From Eledone cirrhosa (taxonomy: Eukaryota), in assembly GCA_964016885.1 (NCBI GenBank), contig OZ024752.1:44392001-44456000 (forward strand): 64,000 bases of DNA. The letters run 5' to 3'. This document shows positions 27,225-39,800 of the stretch, one piece after another. The notes beneath the pieces were generated by a model. It saw only the letters and a list, made by a program, of their open reading frames with translations, was not told where the DNA came from and searched no databases. Each line of letters begins with the position of its first letter. Position 1 is the stretch's first letter. Position numbers and translations under genes: made by a program.

Positions 27225-27872
27225 TGGCTGGCTGGTTGGTGGCCTGGTTGGTTGGTGGCCTGGTTGGTTGGTGGCCTGGTTGGTTGGTTGGTGGCCTGGT
27301 TGGTTGGTTGGTTGGTTGGTGGCCTGGTTGGTTGGTTGGTTGGTTGGTTGGTGGCTTGGTTGGTTGGTTGGTTGGTTGGTTGGTGGCCTGGTTGGTTGGT
27401 TGGTTGGTTGGTTGGTTGGTTGGTGGCCTGGTTGGTTGGTTGGTTGGTTGGTTGGTTGGTGGCCTGGTTGGTTGGTGGCCTGGTCGGTTGGTTGGTTGGT
27501 TGGTTGGTTGGTGGCCTGGTTGGTTGGTTGGTTGGTTGGTGGCCTGGTTGGTTGGTTGGTTGGTTGGTTGGTGGCCTGGTTGGTTGGTTGGTTGGTTGGT
27601 TGGTGGCCTGGCTGGTTGGTTGGCTGGCTGGTTGGTTGGTTGGTTGGTGGCCTGGTTGGTTGGTTGGCTGGCTGGCTGGTTGGTTGGTTGGTTGGTTGGT
27701 TGGTGGCCTGGTTGGTTGGTGGCCTGGTTGGTTAGTTGGTTGGTTGGTGGCCTGGTTGGTTGGCTGGCTGGTTGGTTGGTTGACTGGCTGGCTGGTTGGT
27801 TGGTTGGTGGCCTGGTTGGTTGGTTGGCTGGTTGGTTGGTTGGTGGCCTGGTTGGTTGGTTGGTTGGTTGGT
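27225..27872 (+). repeat. (TGGT)n tetranucleotide array with GGCC variants, abutting a truncated SINE head
   Basis: Directly visible. It is preceded by ttctgaattcaaatcctgtggaggttagcttt from family A. Confidence 0.95.
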
Positions 27873-28292
27873 AGAGAAGGTGGTAGAGGAGAGGGAGGTG
27901 TTGTGTAGTCAGGGTTAGAGAAATTATATTACTGTAAACATGATGCCTACTGGCTAAATTAACTCCACAGACAAGTTACTGGTCTTCCACTTCAATGCTC
28001 AATAACAACAACAACCCCAAACATACAGCCACTGTCTCCTCTCCTCCATCTCTCATATCCATTTATATTTTTATTTCACATTCATCTTGTTTGTTTTACC
28101 AACAACCCTACCCTGTTGCTAAGTATCACCCTCTCAACCATTATTTGGATTATATCTTGATTGCAAGTAATTCAAAAGACAAGAAAAGAGATTGTGAGAG
28201 GGGGGGGGGGCTTTATTGTTTTATTTGTTTTCTGTTTAAACATAATCACTTCTATTGCATAACTTATGCTATTGTTTCGTCTTGTTGGTTAT

Positions 28293-28522
28293 ATCATCAT
28301 CATCATCATCATCATCATTTTGCGTCCGCTCTTCCCTGCTTGCAAGGGTGGGACGGGTCTTATTCAGCACAGCATCTCTCCACTCGTCACGGTCCTTCGT
28401 CATCTCCACCGTGAGCTTCAACGATCTGAGGTCTGTTCTCACCACCTCCGCCCATGTTTTTCGTGGTCTACCTCTACCACGTCTTCCTTCAACTGGCATT
28501 TCCTGGCACTTCTTCACCCATC
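28293..28522 (-). mobile_element. 5'-truncated RTE LINE 3' end
   Basis: KKCQEMPVEGRRGRGRPRKTWAEVVRTDL...RDEWR followed by a (GAT)n tail. Confidence 0.9.
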
Positions 28523-28537
28523 GGGTGTGTATATATA

Positions 28538-28588
<51 letters not shown>

Positions 28589-28734
28589 ATAATAATAAAT
28601 GTGAAGACTAAAATCCAAAGAGGGCTCGATAAAGATAAATATATATCAAATATATAAGAACCCTAGAGCATATATATTGTATATATATCATCATCATCAT
28701 CATCATCATGATATATATATATATATATATATAT

Positions 28735-28780
<46 letters not shown>

Positions 28781-28783
28781 ATG

Positions 28784-28972
28784 TTGTTTCTACTTTTGGC
28801 ACAAGGCCAGCAATTACCCAGTACATTACTGGTACTTTTATTTTATCGAACCCGTAAGGATGAAAGGCAAAGTTAACCTTGGCGGGATTTCAACTCAGAT
28901 CGTAAAGGGCCGTAACTCTATGCTGCAAAGCATGGTGTCTGACCCTCTACCGATACTGCCAATCCACCGCCC
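28784..28972 (-). mobile_element. Family A SINE
   Basis: Closely similar to 22769-22954. Confidence 0.9.
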
Positions 28973-28994
28973 TCTATATATATATATATAATAT

Positions 28995-29152
28995 GGTGGG
29001 GATTTGGCAGAGTTGTTAGAATATCAGATAGAATCTTTTGCGGTATTCAATCTGACTCTCGACATTCTGACTTCAAATCTCGCCGAGGTCAACTTTGCTT
29101 TTCATCCATTCGACGTTAATAAAAAAAATACCAGTGAAATACTGGGGTCGAT
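28995..29152 (+). mobile_element. Family A-related SINE, head-to-head with the previous copy
   Basis: tggcagagttgttaga...ttcaaatctcgccgaggtcaactttgcttttcatcc. Confidence 0.75.
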
Positions 29153-30925
29153 TCTTTATATTATACACGTATTTACTATTGTATTTTAACGTTAAAGGTT
29201 TTATCTCACATAATATTGAATCTATGAAGCAAATTGAACTCCAGGTACGATTAATGTAGATATGTTATGTACAGATATGTTATATTTCACTGATATATTT
29301 TTCTGATCTGTGAATATTGCTCCATGGTGTGATTAATAAAAATAGAATTAGAAGACAAAAACATATATAATAAACAGGAATAAAACATTGAGAAGATGTT
29401 TTTATCTTTTTGGAATATTGGACTTTTGAAGGAAGAATCAGAGAAACAAATTATTGATATTCACATTATTCTGTAGAATCAGGATATCCATTCCCTTTTG
29501 CTATTGATTTCTCATTTGAACACATGATCCCAGCTCATTTCCTGTCCCCAATACCAAACAGTGTAAATGATAGCTTTCGTTGAGAGGTTAACCTCCCTCA
29601 ACTTACATTCCAGCCTCACTTTCTAGCAAATCTTTAGATTCACCTATAATTATGAATGATGTGGCATTCTGCTAGTTCCTCGAAATAAATATATCTAACT
29701 GAAATTGATTTAATGGGACATGAATAGGAATTTTCTAAGAATCCCCTAAAGAGAGAGTATGTGTACTTTAATGAAGCCTGACCTTTACAACAGCCCTGAA
29801 ATGCATCAGGGACATTTTTCTTTTTTTCTTTTTTCATTCTGTGTTATTTTTCTAAAATTCTAATAACCAACCATCTGAGAATTACCATTCCATATCTGTA
29901 TTATGTTGGAATAATGTCTGCTGTGAATATGTTGGAATAATGTCTGTTGTGAAAGAATTATCTCTATCTCCATATATATATATTTTACCGAATTTTCAAG
30001 ATCAAAACAAATGGAATTCTTGTATAATTACACCAAGAAACAATAAAATGTCTATTTATTGTGCATTTGTGGAATAATTAAGAATTTAATGACTAGTAAT
30101 ATTCTAATCTGCAAATTGTGTTTATTATGTGTTTATTGTGTGAATGTGAAGCTATTCTATAGTTTAAAAATCTAAATGGATATCTTTTTCAAATTTTCTC
30201 TAATTTAGTAGTTCTTTCTATACATTATGACACTTCTGAAACTGTCTTAGATTATTGAATGTGTTGTTTGTATTTGTGTAAAAAGTTGTATGGAATATGT
30301 TAAGTGTCTGGTGATAGAGATGACAATTAAATGTGTTGACGAGCAAGACTGAGATGTGCTAGCATGGAAGATGGACATTAAATAATGATAATGATGTAAC
30401 ATTAAGCTGTCCAAAAGTTGCAGTACAAGCTGTTAGTGTAGTTGGACATTTAACACTTTAGTATTTACATTACTCTATATATATATATTATTTTATTTTT
30501 GTGGTAAAGGTTTTACTTCACACAATTATCTCACATAATATCGAATCTATGAGATTTTGATGTTATTTATTTTGAGAACAATACCTTAACGTCAGTATGA
30601 GCAGCCAGTTACGACTGGTTTGAACAGAAAGGGGTGATAGAATTCTGGCCAGATACGGCTGGTTTAAATGCTAAACCGGGTTAAATTGACATATAAACAG
30701 TTTAAATTGAAAGATTTGTTTCACAGAACCAAGTGGATTGATATTGAAATGGTGGGGAGGAAGTTAGGAAATGTTGTCACTTCTGGATAACTTTGGAAGA
30801 AGCCATCTTGTAGTTAATCCAAATATTCATAAAACCCTAATCAGGTTGACACCATAGAAAGACAGATGGCAGCCATATTGTCTTTCTGTCCCCTTCTTTT
30901 CTACTCTGTCACTTTCCGCATGTGT

Positions 30926-30978
<53 letters not shown>

Positions 30979-31002
30979 CTCTCTTTGTCTCTCACACACA
31001 CA

Positions 31003-31033
<31 letters not shown>

Positions 31034-31114
31034 TCTCTCTCAGTGGATAAATAGGTCAGTAAATTTCAAAACTGTTTATAACTACAGAACAATGTTTATA
31101 ACATTTATTATGAA

Positions 31115-32534
31115 TGTAGACACACAGAGACAGACACACAGAGACAGACACACATAGACAGACACACATAGACAGACACACATAGACAGACACACACAGA
31201 CAGACACACACAGACAGACACACAGAGACACACACATAGACACACACACACATAGACACACACACACATAGACACACACACATAGACACACACACATAGA
31301 CACACACACATAGACACACACATAGACACACACATAGACAGACACACATAGACAGACACACATAGACAGACACACATAGACAGACACACATAGACAGACA
31401 CACATAGACAGACACACATAGACAGACACACATAGACAGACACACATAGACAGACACACATAGACACACACACATAGACACACACACATAGACACACACA
31501 CAGAGACAGACACACATAGACAGACACACAGAGACAGACACACAGAGACACACACATAGACACACACACATAGACACATAGACAGACACACATAGACAGA
31601 CACACATAGACACACACACATAGACACACACACATAGACAGACACACATAGACAGACACACATAGACAGACACACATAGACAGACACACATAGACAGACA
31701 CACATAGACAGACACACATAGACAGACACACATAGACAGACACACATAGACAGACACACATAGACAGACACACATAGACAGACACACATAGACAGACACA
31801 CATAGACAGACACACATAGACACACACACATAGACACACACACATAGACACACACACATAGACACACACACATAGACACACACACATAGACACACACACA
31901 TAGACACACACACATAGACACACACACATAGACACACACACATAGACAGACACACATAGACAGACACACATAGACAGACACACATAGACAGACACACATA
32001 GACAGACACACATAGACAGACACACATAGACAGACACACATAGACAGACACACATAGACAGACACACATAGACAGACACACATAGACAGACACACATAGA
32101 CAGACACACATAGACAGACACACACAGACAGACACACACATAGACACACACATAGACACACATAGACAGACACACACACATAGACACACACACAGACACA
32201 CACACAGAGACACACACACAGAGACACACACAGACACACACACAGAGACACACACACAGAGACACACACACAGAGACACACACACAGAGACACACACACA
32301 GAGACACACACACAGAGACACACACACAGAGACACACACACAGAGACACACACACAGAGACACACACACAGAGACACACACACAGACACACACACAGACA
32401 CACACACAGACACACACACACAGACACAGAGACAGAGACACAGAGACACAGAGACACAGAGACACAGAGACACAGACACACACACACACACACACACACA
32501 TAGACACACACACACATAGACACACACACACATA

Positions 32535-32626
<92 letters not shown>
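31115..32626. repeat. Compound CA / CACATAGA / CACAGAGA microsatellite
   Basis: Directly visible. Confidence 0.95.
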
Positions 32627-32629
<3 letters not shown>

Positions 32630-32822
32630 CTGTTAACTACAGATTAATATTCCTAACATTTTTGTTTATTATAGAAACCAAAGAATTAGGACAGAATTAG
32701 CTTCAAATGTTTTTCTAATTTTCTTGATTTAGAAATTCTTCTCATTTATTTTCCACCCAATTTTATTGTTTGCAGACTTTCTCACATTTTTTTTGATGGT
32801 TTAAAAAAAAAAATTCTTTCTT

Positions 32823-32937
<115 letters not shown>

Positions 32938-32987
32938 GTCTCTCTCTCTCTCTCTCTCTGTGGACAACCTACCACCCTCTTCCCCAT

Positions 32988-33170
32988 TGCCAGTAATCGG
33001 TAGAGCTTCAAACACCATACTTTGCAGCATAGAGTTATAGTCCTTTACGTTCTGAGTTCAAATCCCGTAGAGGTTAGCTTTGCCTTTCATCCTTACAGGG
33101 TCGATAAAATAAAGTGCCCGTAATACACTGGGGGTAATTGCTGGCCTTGTGCCAAAAGTAGAAACAATTA
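32988..33170 (+). mobile_element. Family A SINE
   Basis: gagttcaaatcccgtagaggttagctttgcctttcatccttacagggtcgataaaataaagt...ttgtgccaaaagtagaaac. Confidence 0.85.
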
Positions 33171-33362
33171 TTATAATAAACATTCTAATTTTGTTATTTG
33201 AATATTTTTTTTATTGTTTGTTTTTGTTTTTAAACTTTCACTAAACATTTAGGTCCTGTCTTTCATTAATATTTTGTCTATCATCATCATCTATGTATAT
33301 AATAATGTATATAATAATTAATATATATTATTTTCTCTAATTTATTTTTCTTCTTCTTCCAG

Positions 33363-33482
33363 AAAATTTGTGCGACAATGTTTCAAGCCATTCTCAGCAG
33401 ATATTTCTGATGATGGAGTTTACAAGAAACTATGTACAGAGACAACTCAATATAAAGCTGATTTAACTAATAAAGTAGAGTT
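33363..33482 (+). CDS. Unidentified host gene, exon A (phase 2-2)
   Basis: ttcttcttccag| ... |gtaagt; KFVRQCFKPFSADISDDGVYKKLCTETTQYKADLTNKVE. Confidence 0.85.
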
Positions 33483-33710
33483 GTAAGTATAGACTTGTGT
33501 TCTATTTTGATACTTTTCTTAACATATTTCTAAAGAAAGATTGATTCAGTTGCTTAAATATCTCACCTCTAAATCTTCTACTAAACCCTTTATCTAATCC
33601 TTCCTCCCCTGTAATTCTAACATCTGATCCCAATCTTCCATCCTATATTCTTCCTATATCAACCTCCAGATATTCAAACTGAGCCATTAACTATTAAAAG
33701 AGGTGATCAG

Positions 33711-33861
33711 TTAAAGAGACTCTCCAAAGACCTTCCACCTTTGTCTAATTATTTCATCAGTTCCAAGTTGAGTCTCTAGCATGTCTAATTTTCCTATCAG
33801 TAGCTGTGTTAATGTGTGCCATGTCCAAGTAGCTGTTGGCATCTCCTTTACCAGAACAATT
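33711..33861 (-). pseudogene. Antisense exon-like segment in the host intron
   Basis: ttttttcag| then 49 open codons, IVLVKEMPTATWTWHTLTQLLIGKLDMLETQLGTDEIIRQRWKVFGESL*. Confidence 0.35.
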
Positions 33862-33971
33862 CTGAAAAAATGATTTGTTTAATAGACTGCCACTTTATTA
33901 TATGGTGCTTTGTCAGTTTCATTCATAAAATAAACTATATATATATAATAAGCTATATCCAGATATATATA

Positions 33972-34362
33972 TAATAAACTATATCCAACAGAAGTAATAA
34001 ACTATATGCAACAGATGTAATAAACTATATGCAACAGTTGTAATAAACTATATGCAACAGATGTAATAAACTATATCCAACAGATGTAATAAACTATATC
34101 CAACAGATGTAATAAACTATATCCAACAGATGTAATAAACTATATCCAACAGATGTAATAAACTATATCCAACAGATGTAATAAACTATATCCAACAGAT
34201 GTAATAAACTATATCCAACAGATGTAATAAACTATATCCAACAGATGTAATAAACTATATCCAACAGATGTAATAAACTATATCCAACAGATGTAATAAA
34301 CTATATCCAACAGATGTAATAAACTATATCCAACAGATATAATAAACTATATCTAACAGATA
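33972..34362 (+). repeat. Minisatellite, 23 bp, about 17 copies
   Basis: Unit taataaactatatccaacagatg. Confidence 0.95.
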
Positions 34363-35180
34363 TACCTGTAATTCCAATTGTCCTTTTATTTCAGACATTT
34401 GTAAAGCAAACACAACATATGCTAATTATTTGTATTGAAACAATAATGTCTGTTTATTCTAGGATGTATAACTCTAGCTTAGCTTTTCCAATTATTTCAG
34501 AATTGTTTTCAATTGATTAACAGTTCTGCATGACTTCATTTCAATTTCTTTTGTTTTCTTTGTTACAGCCAGTTGTTGGCAATTTAAAGTGAATGTATTT
34601 AGCAACTTCTGCAGTCTATTAGACTTTTCTTTTGTTAGAGAGACTATATAAACTTGTACTCACAATATCATACCTTCAGTGCATATTGCCTTAATTACAA
34701 TTCATTCAGAATACCTTCTCTTTCTTCTCCCAGCCTTTCAATGTGAACTGTCGTTTCACTCAGAAAGCTCTAAACATTATCTCCAGTTTCTATTCTTCCT
34801 CTTCTTTCTTTCTTTTTCTTGTTATGTAAGAAATCAATACTATTATTTTTTCTGTGTATTGTATCTTGTATGCATGAATGATCTCGACGAGAGCGAAGCT
34901 TTTCAGTCTTTTTTTAATATTGAAATAGAATCAGTTGTGATATCCACCTTAGTCAAAAGCTACTTCTTTCTTTATTTGATGTCTTTTAAAATATATTTTA
35001 GTTGTTTTTTTTTATCAAAATCTCAGAGAAAAATGTTGTAATTTTCTGTGTTTTAAGAATTATCAATCCACTTTCATCAACAGTTCACAGTTCTTCACAG
35101 TTCACAGTTGTTTGTTAAAAATATCATCCTTTGAATTATTTCTTTTTTTAGATATAGATTCAAATATAAAACAAGTTTAT

Positions 35181-35400
35181 ATCATCATCATCATCATCAT
35201 CATTTTTAGATCTGTTTTCCATGCTTGCATGGGTTGGACATGTCCTTCTCGGCACAGCATCTCTCCATTCGACGAGTTCCTTTGTTAGCTCCTCTATGAT
35301 CCTCAGTGATTTGAGATCAGTTCTCACCAAGAACCTCTGTCCAGGTCCTCCTCTACTGCATCTTCCTTCCACTGGCATTTCCTGGCACTTCTTCAGCCAT
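35181..35400 (-). mobile_element. 5'-truncated RTE LINE 3' end
   Basis: MPVEGRCSRGGPG...RTDLKSL...EWRDAV followed by a (GAT)n tail; homologous to 28293-28522. Confidence 0.85.
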
Positions 35401-36096
35401 ATCTCTTTGATGAGTTGTAGTGCACCTGAGCACTGTACACAATAATTTCATCATTATTATTATTATTATGATATTACTATGCTAGTCATTGCCTGTGATA
35501 TCTTCCTGTACTACCTGATTGACTCTGAGAATATCCATTATCTTCCTGCTTGTCTATTCTGCCATATCTTTAATTCTGCTCTCAACCATTTAGATCTTCT
35601 ATACAATATATAGATATTCTTATATATTTTATATATATTACAAAGATAATATTCCCACAAGTGGAGAAGACTAGAAAGCTGTAAAGCTCTGTTTACTCTG
35701 TGTACTGGAAGTTTTTTAGTTGAATTACATTTTAGAATTCCATCTTATGGATGTAGCTTAAGGTTGAAACACACTTAAAATATAAATCACATCATTTTTT
35801 TTATAAATGTAATTCTTAAAATTTCATTTCAAAATTCAGAATGAAAAATATGTTGTACCTCCTTCCAACATTCCTCATATAAAGGATGTCTTATGATTAT
35901 ATAAACTCTTTCTTAGAAGAAAATTAGATAATTGTAATTTGTTTTGAGATTATGATATGTTTTAACTGTGTTTCCTATAACTTTTGTATTTGTATTTTTA
36001 TATCTCTTTAACATGGGAAGAATTGTCGGAGAAGTTCTCAAAGTGGGTGATAGAATAGTTTTTTTTTAAAGCCATTTTCACTATTTTATCTTTTAG

Positions 36097-36172
36097 GAGG
36101 AAGAGAAGATTAAGTACTGGGTTATACCCTGATCTGCAGAGACGTATCAAGCTTCCGGAAGCTTCTCTAAAA
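36097..36172 (+). CDS. Host gene exon B (phase 2-0)
   Basis: tcttttag| ... |gtaagt; (L)RKRRLSTGLYPDLQRRIKLPEASLK. Confidence 0.85.
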
Positions 36173-36587
36173 GTAAGTTATTGTTGATTTTATTGTTGTT
36201 GTTCATGTGGTCCTTCTTCTCCTCATTCTTCTTCTAATCACATCACTTAACTGTAAGTAATATATACTAGGGAAGTTACCAGCCTCAGGAAGATGGCCAC
36301 CATTTTATTTACAGAGTACAGGGGACATAGTCTTTTAAGTGTTTAAGGGCCTCAAAAAGACTTTATCTGGCCTTGGTTATAATACTACACTACATTGATA
36401 CATTGGTAGTATTACTACCATTGTATAAAAGGATTTTAGTATTAACTTTAACTAACACTATCAATAAACTGGTAAATATTTAGTTTTCAAATGTATTCTC
36501 TGCATCAGAAATTGCTTGATTTCCTGTTATCTCTAAAGCAATGTCTCACATTTATAGCTGTCTTTATATTGACATAGTATCTCTTGT

Positions 36588-36850
36588 TCATCATCACCGT
36601 TTTACGTCCGTTCTTCCACGCTAGCATGGGTTAGACGGGTTGTCCTGTTGTGGGCAGTGTCTGGTCGGCTGACCATGCCTTGCTCATACAGGAACTGATC
36701 TGGCTTGATTTCTACAGCTGGATGCCCTTCCTAACACCAACCTCATTTACAGTGAGTGCTGGGTGCTTTTTCGTGGCGCCTACACGTCCACTTTACAGTG
36801 TGGGCTGGGTGCTTTTTTGCCGTGGCACCTCCACGACCACCTTGCGGTGG
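36588..36850 (-). mobile_element. Headless 3' half of a family-B SINE joined to the LINE 3' end
   Basis: Homologous to 11779-11943 (ctggcttgatttctacagctggatgcccttcctaacaccaacctcattt). Confidence 0.8.
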
Positions 36851-36865
36851 GGGGGGGGGGGGGGG

Positions 36866-39800
36866 CATATTGTTTATATGCTTCAGCATGTACCCATGGG
36901 AGGTCGGGTACCCTGTATTACTGCGTGACGCCAGAAGTCACGGTCGTGTGTCATTGACTTTGAGAGGTGTAGTTGGGTAAGGTCGGCTCTTATCACCTCA
37001 TCCCAAGTCATCTTGGGTCTCCCCACTCCGCGGTTTCCATCAACTTCTAGTGCTCTGCACCTTTTTATGCAGCTGTCATCCTTCATACGCATCACATGTC
37101 CATACCAGCGTAACCGCCTCTCCTGCACGCAGCATTTGATTCCTCTTATGCTCAGTCTCTCTCTCAATTCATTTATGCTTTGTCGTTCACGTATATTACT
37201 GTTACACATCCATCGGAGCATGCAGGCTTCGTTTCTCTCTAATCTACGTAAGTCTTCCACCTTCAGCGCCCAGGTCTCACTACCATGCAACATCGCTGTT
37301 CGGATACACGCATCATACAGTCTGCCTTTCATTCTGAGGGAGAAGCCTTTTGCAGCTAGCAGTGGTAGTAGTTCCCTAAACTTCTTCCATCCCGTTCTTA
37401 CCCTAGTTATTGTACTTTCTGAGCACCCACCTCCGTTGCTAATTCGGTCACCTAGGTAGCAGAAGCTGTCTACTGTTTCTACAGGGCCCTCCCAGAGATT
37501 GGTGGTACTTGTTTCCTGTGGCTGTTTGCTTGCTGTTTCAGCACAGCTGCTGCATGTGAATCCTACATTCTTAATTAAGCTTCCTGAGATCCCGCTACAT
37601 CTCTTGTGTACCCATTGTTTGCATTTGGGGCAAAGAATGGAGTTCCTACCTACACCTTTCCTACATACTGAGCAAGGCCATTTCCCTGAGGGGATCTGGG
37701 TTCTGTTTTCTCGTCTACTTATAAGGACCTTAGTCTTTGTCATGTTGACTTTGAGGCCCTTTCTCTCTAGTCCCTGCTTCCAGGTTTGGAATTTATTCTC
37801 TAGTTCTACCATAGATTCAGCTATGAGTGCGAGGTCATCAGCATACAGGAGTTCCCATGGGCATCCGGTCTTAAACTCCTCCGTTATTGCCTGCAGGACT
37901 ATGATGAACAGGAGAGGGCTAAGAACAGAGCCCTGGTGGACCCCAACCTGTACGCTAAATTCCTCGCTATACTCATTGCCAATCCTAACTTTGCTGACTG
38001 CTCCCCTATACATGGCTTGTACCGCTTTCACAAGCCATTCATCTACTCCTAGTTTTCTAAGAGCCCACCAGATTACTGCACGTGGAACTCTGTCAAAGGC
38101 TTTCTCAAGGTCGACAAATGCCAAGTAGAGTGGCTTACTTTTAGCTAGGTACTTTTCCTGTAATTGCCTCACAAGGAAGAGCGCATCAGTGGTGCCTTTC
38201 CCTGGAACAAACCCAAATTGCATCTCGTCTATATTCACCCGGTCCCTAATCAGCTGTGCTATAACTCTTTCTGTTACTTTCATGACCTGGTCCATCAACT
38301 TTATACCTCTATAGTTTCCTCTATCTAGTGCATCGCCTTTACCTTTGTAGCAGTTGACAATGATGCTACTGCACCAATCTTTTGGTATGGCCCCCTCTAG
38401 TATTACCTGGTTAACGATACGTGTGGTTATAGTGTGACCTACAGACCCAGATGCCTTCAGCATCTCGGCAGCTATACCCGATGGACCGGTTGCCTTCCCT
38501 ATCTTCATATCTCTGATTGCCTTACTTACTACGCTGCCGCTGACTTGTACTGCTGGTCCCTCTATAGGGTCTACGTGGGGTAGGGTCTCTTCTTCCCATG
38601 CATTCTCCTCATTTAGTAATCTATCATAATGACTCTTCCATGCATCTTTCTTCTCAGCACTTGTGAGGGCAAGCTCACCTTTATCATTCCGGATACACTT
38701 CTCTCCAATGACATCACAACTATCTCTGACACACTGCCTCGCAATCTTGAATACCTCCTGTTTCTGGTCCTCACGTTGTAAAACATGCTTGAATTTTCTA
38801 TCCTCTGCTTCCCTCCTAGCTAAGTATACTTGTCGCCTAGCTTCCCTCTTGGTCTCTATGTAATGTACCCTGCTCCCCCCGTTCTTCCATTCTTTCCATG
38901 CCTGTCTCTTGGCCTTGACTGCTTCATCTACCTTATTGTTCCACCACCAAGTCACTCTCCTCCTGCTTGAGGTCTTACTCCAGCCACAAACCTCATCCGT
39001 CGCCTCTAGTAAGTTATTTTTTAGGAACTCCCAGTTCTCTTCTACGTTAAATGTCTCTATCTGTTCTTCTTTACTGTCGTAGGCGTTGAGTAAAATATCT
39101 TTAAATCTGTTACTGGTTGAGGGGACTTTCAGCTTCCAGATCTTTCTTCTCCAGGTTGGCCTCTGTTTCAGGGCTCGTCTAGTTCTGACCGTGAGGTCGC
39201 TGACAACTAAGCTATGTTGGGATGTACATTCCTCACTAGGGAAGGCTTTTGTGTTTACGACCGTCCATCTGTCACGTCCTCTGATGAGAATAAAATCTAA
39301 CTGACTAGAGTGCTCCCCTGATCTATAGGTGATCAGGTGGTTGTCGGGTTTTTTAAAGTTTGTGTTACATATCGACATGTCATTGGCGTCGCAGAATTCT
39401 AGAAGTCTGAATCCTTCCTCATTCCTTGTGCCAACTCCATGGCCTCCATGTACTCTATTGAAGCCGTCGCAGTGTTTACCTACGTGTCCGTTAAAATCTC
39501 CTGCAATGATTAGGAAGTCCTTGTCGTCTGTTAGAGCAGTAGTGTGTATTAGGGACTCGTAAAACCTATCCTTAAGTTCGTCTGGCAGCCCCGATTGGGG
39601 TGCGTAAGCTGATATTATTGTGGTAATTGTCTTATTCAGGACTAGTCTGAGTTTAATGATTCTTGCATTTACCCTGTACACTGAGATTACTTTATCTACC
39701 CACTTGTCAGCTAATAGTATACCTACACCACCCATCCCATCGTCATTTCCCACCCAGAAAAATTTGTAGCACTGGCTTTTTCCTACAAGGACTCTAGCAG

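Noticed and set aside
29477-29562. Possible upstream plus-strand exon (SGYPFPFAIDFSFEHMIPAHFLSPIPNS)
   Set aside because: Weak splice signals and no supportable preceding exon.
37013-39562. Plus-strand ORFs of 66-209 aa
   Set aside because: Antisense shadows of the RTE ORF.
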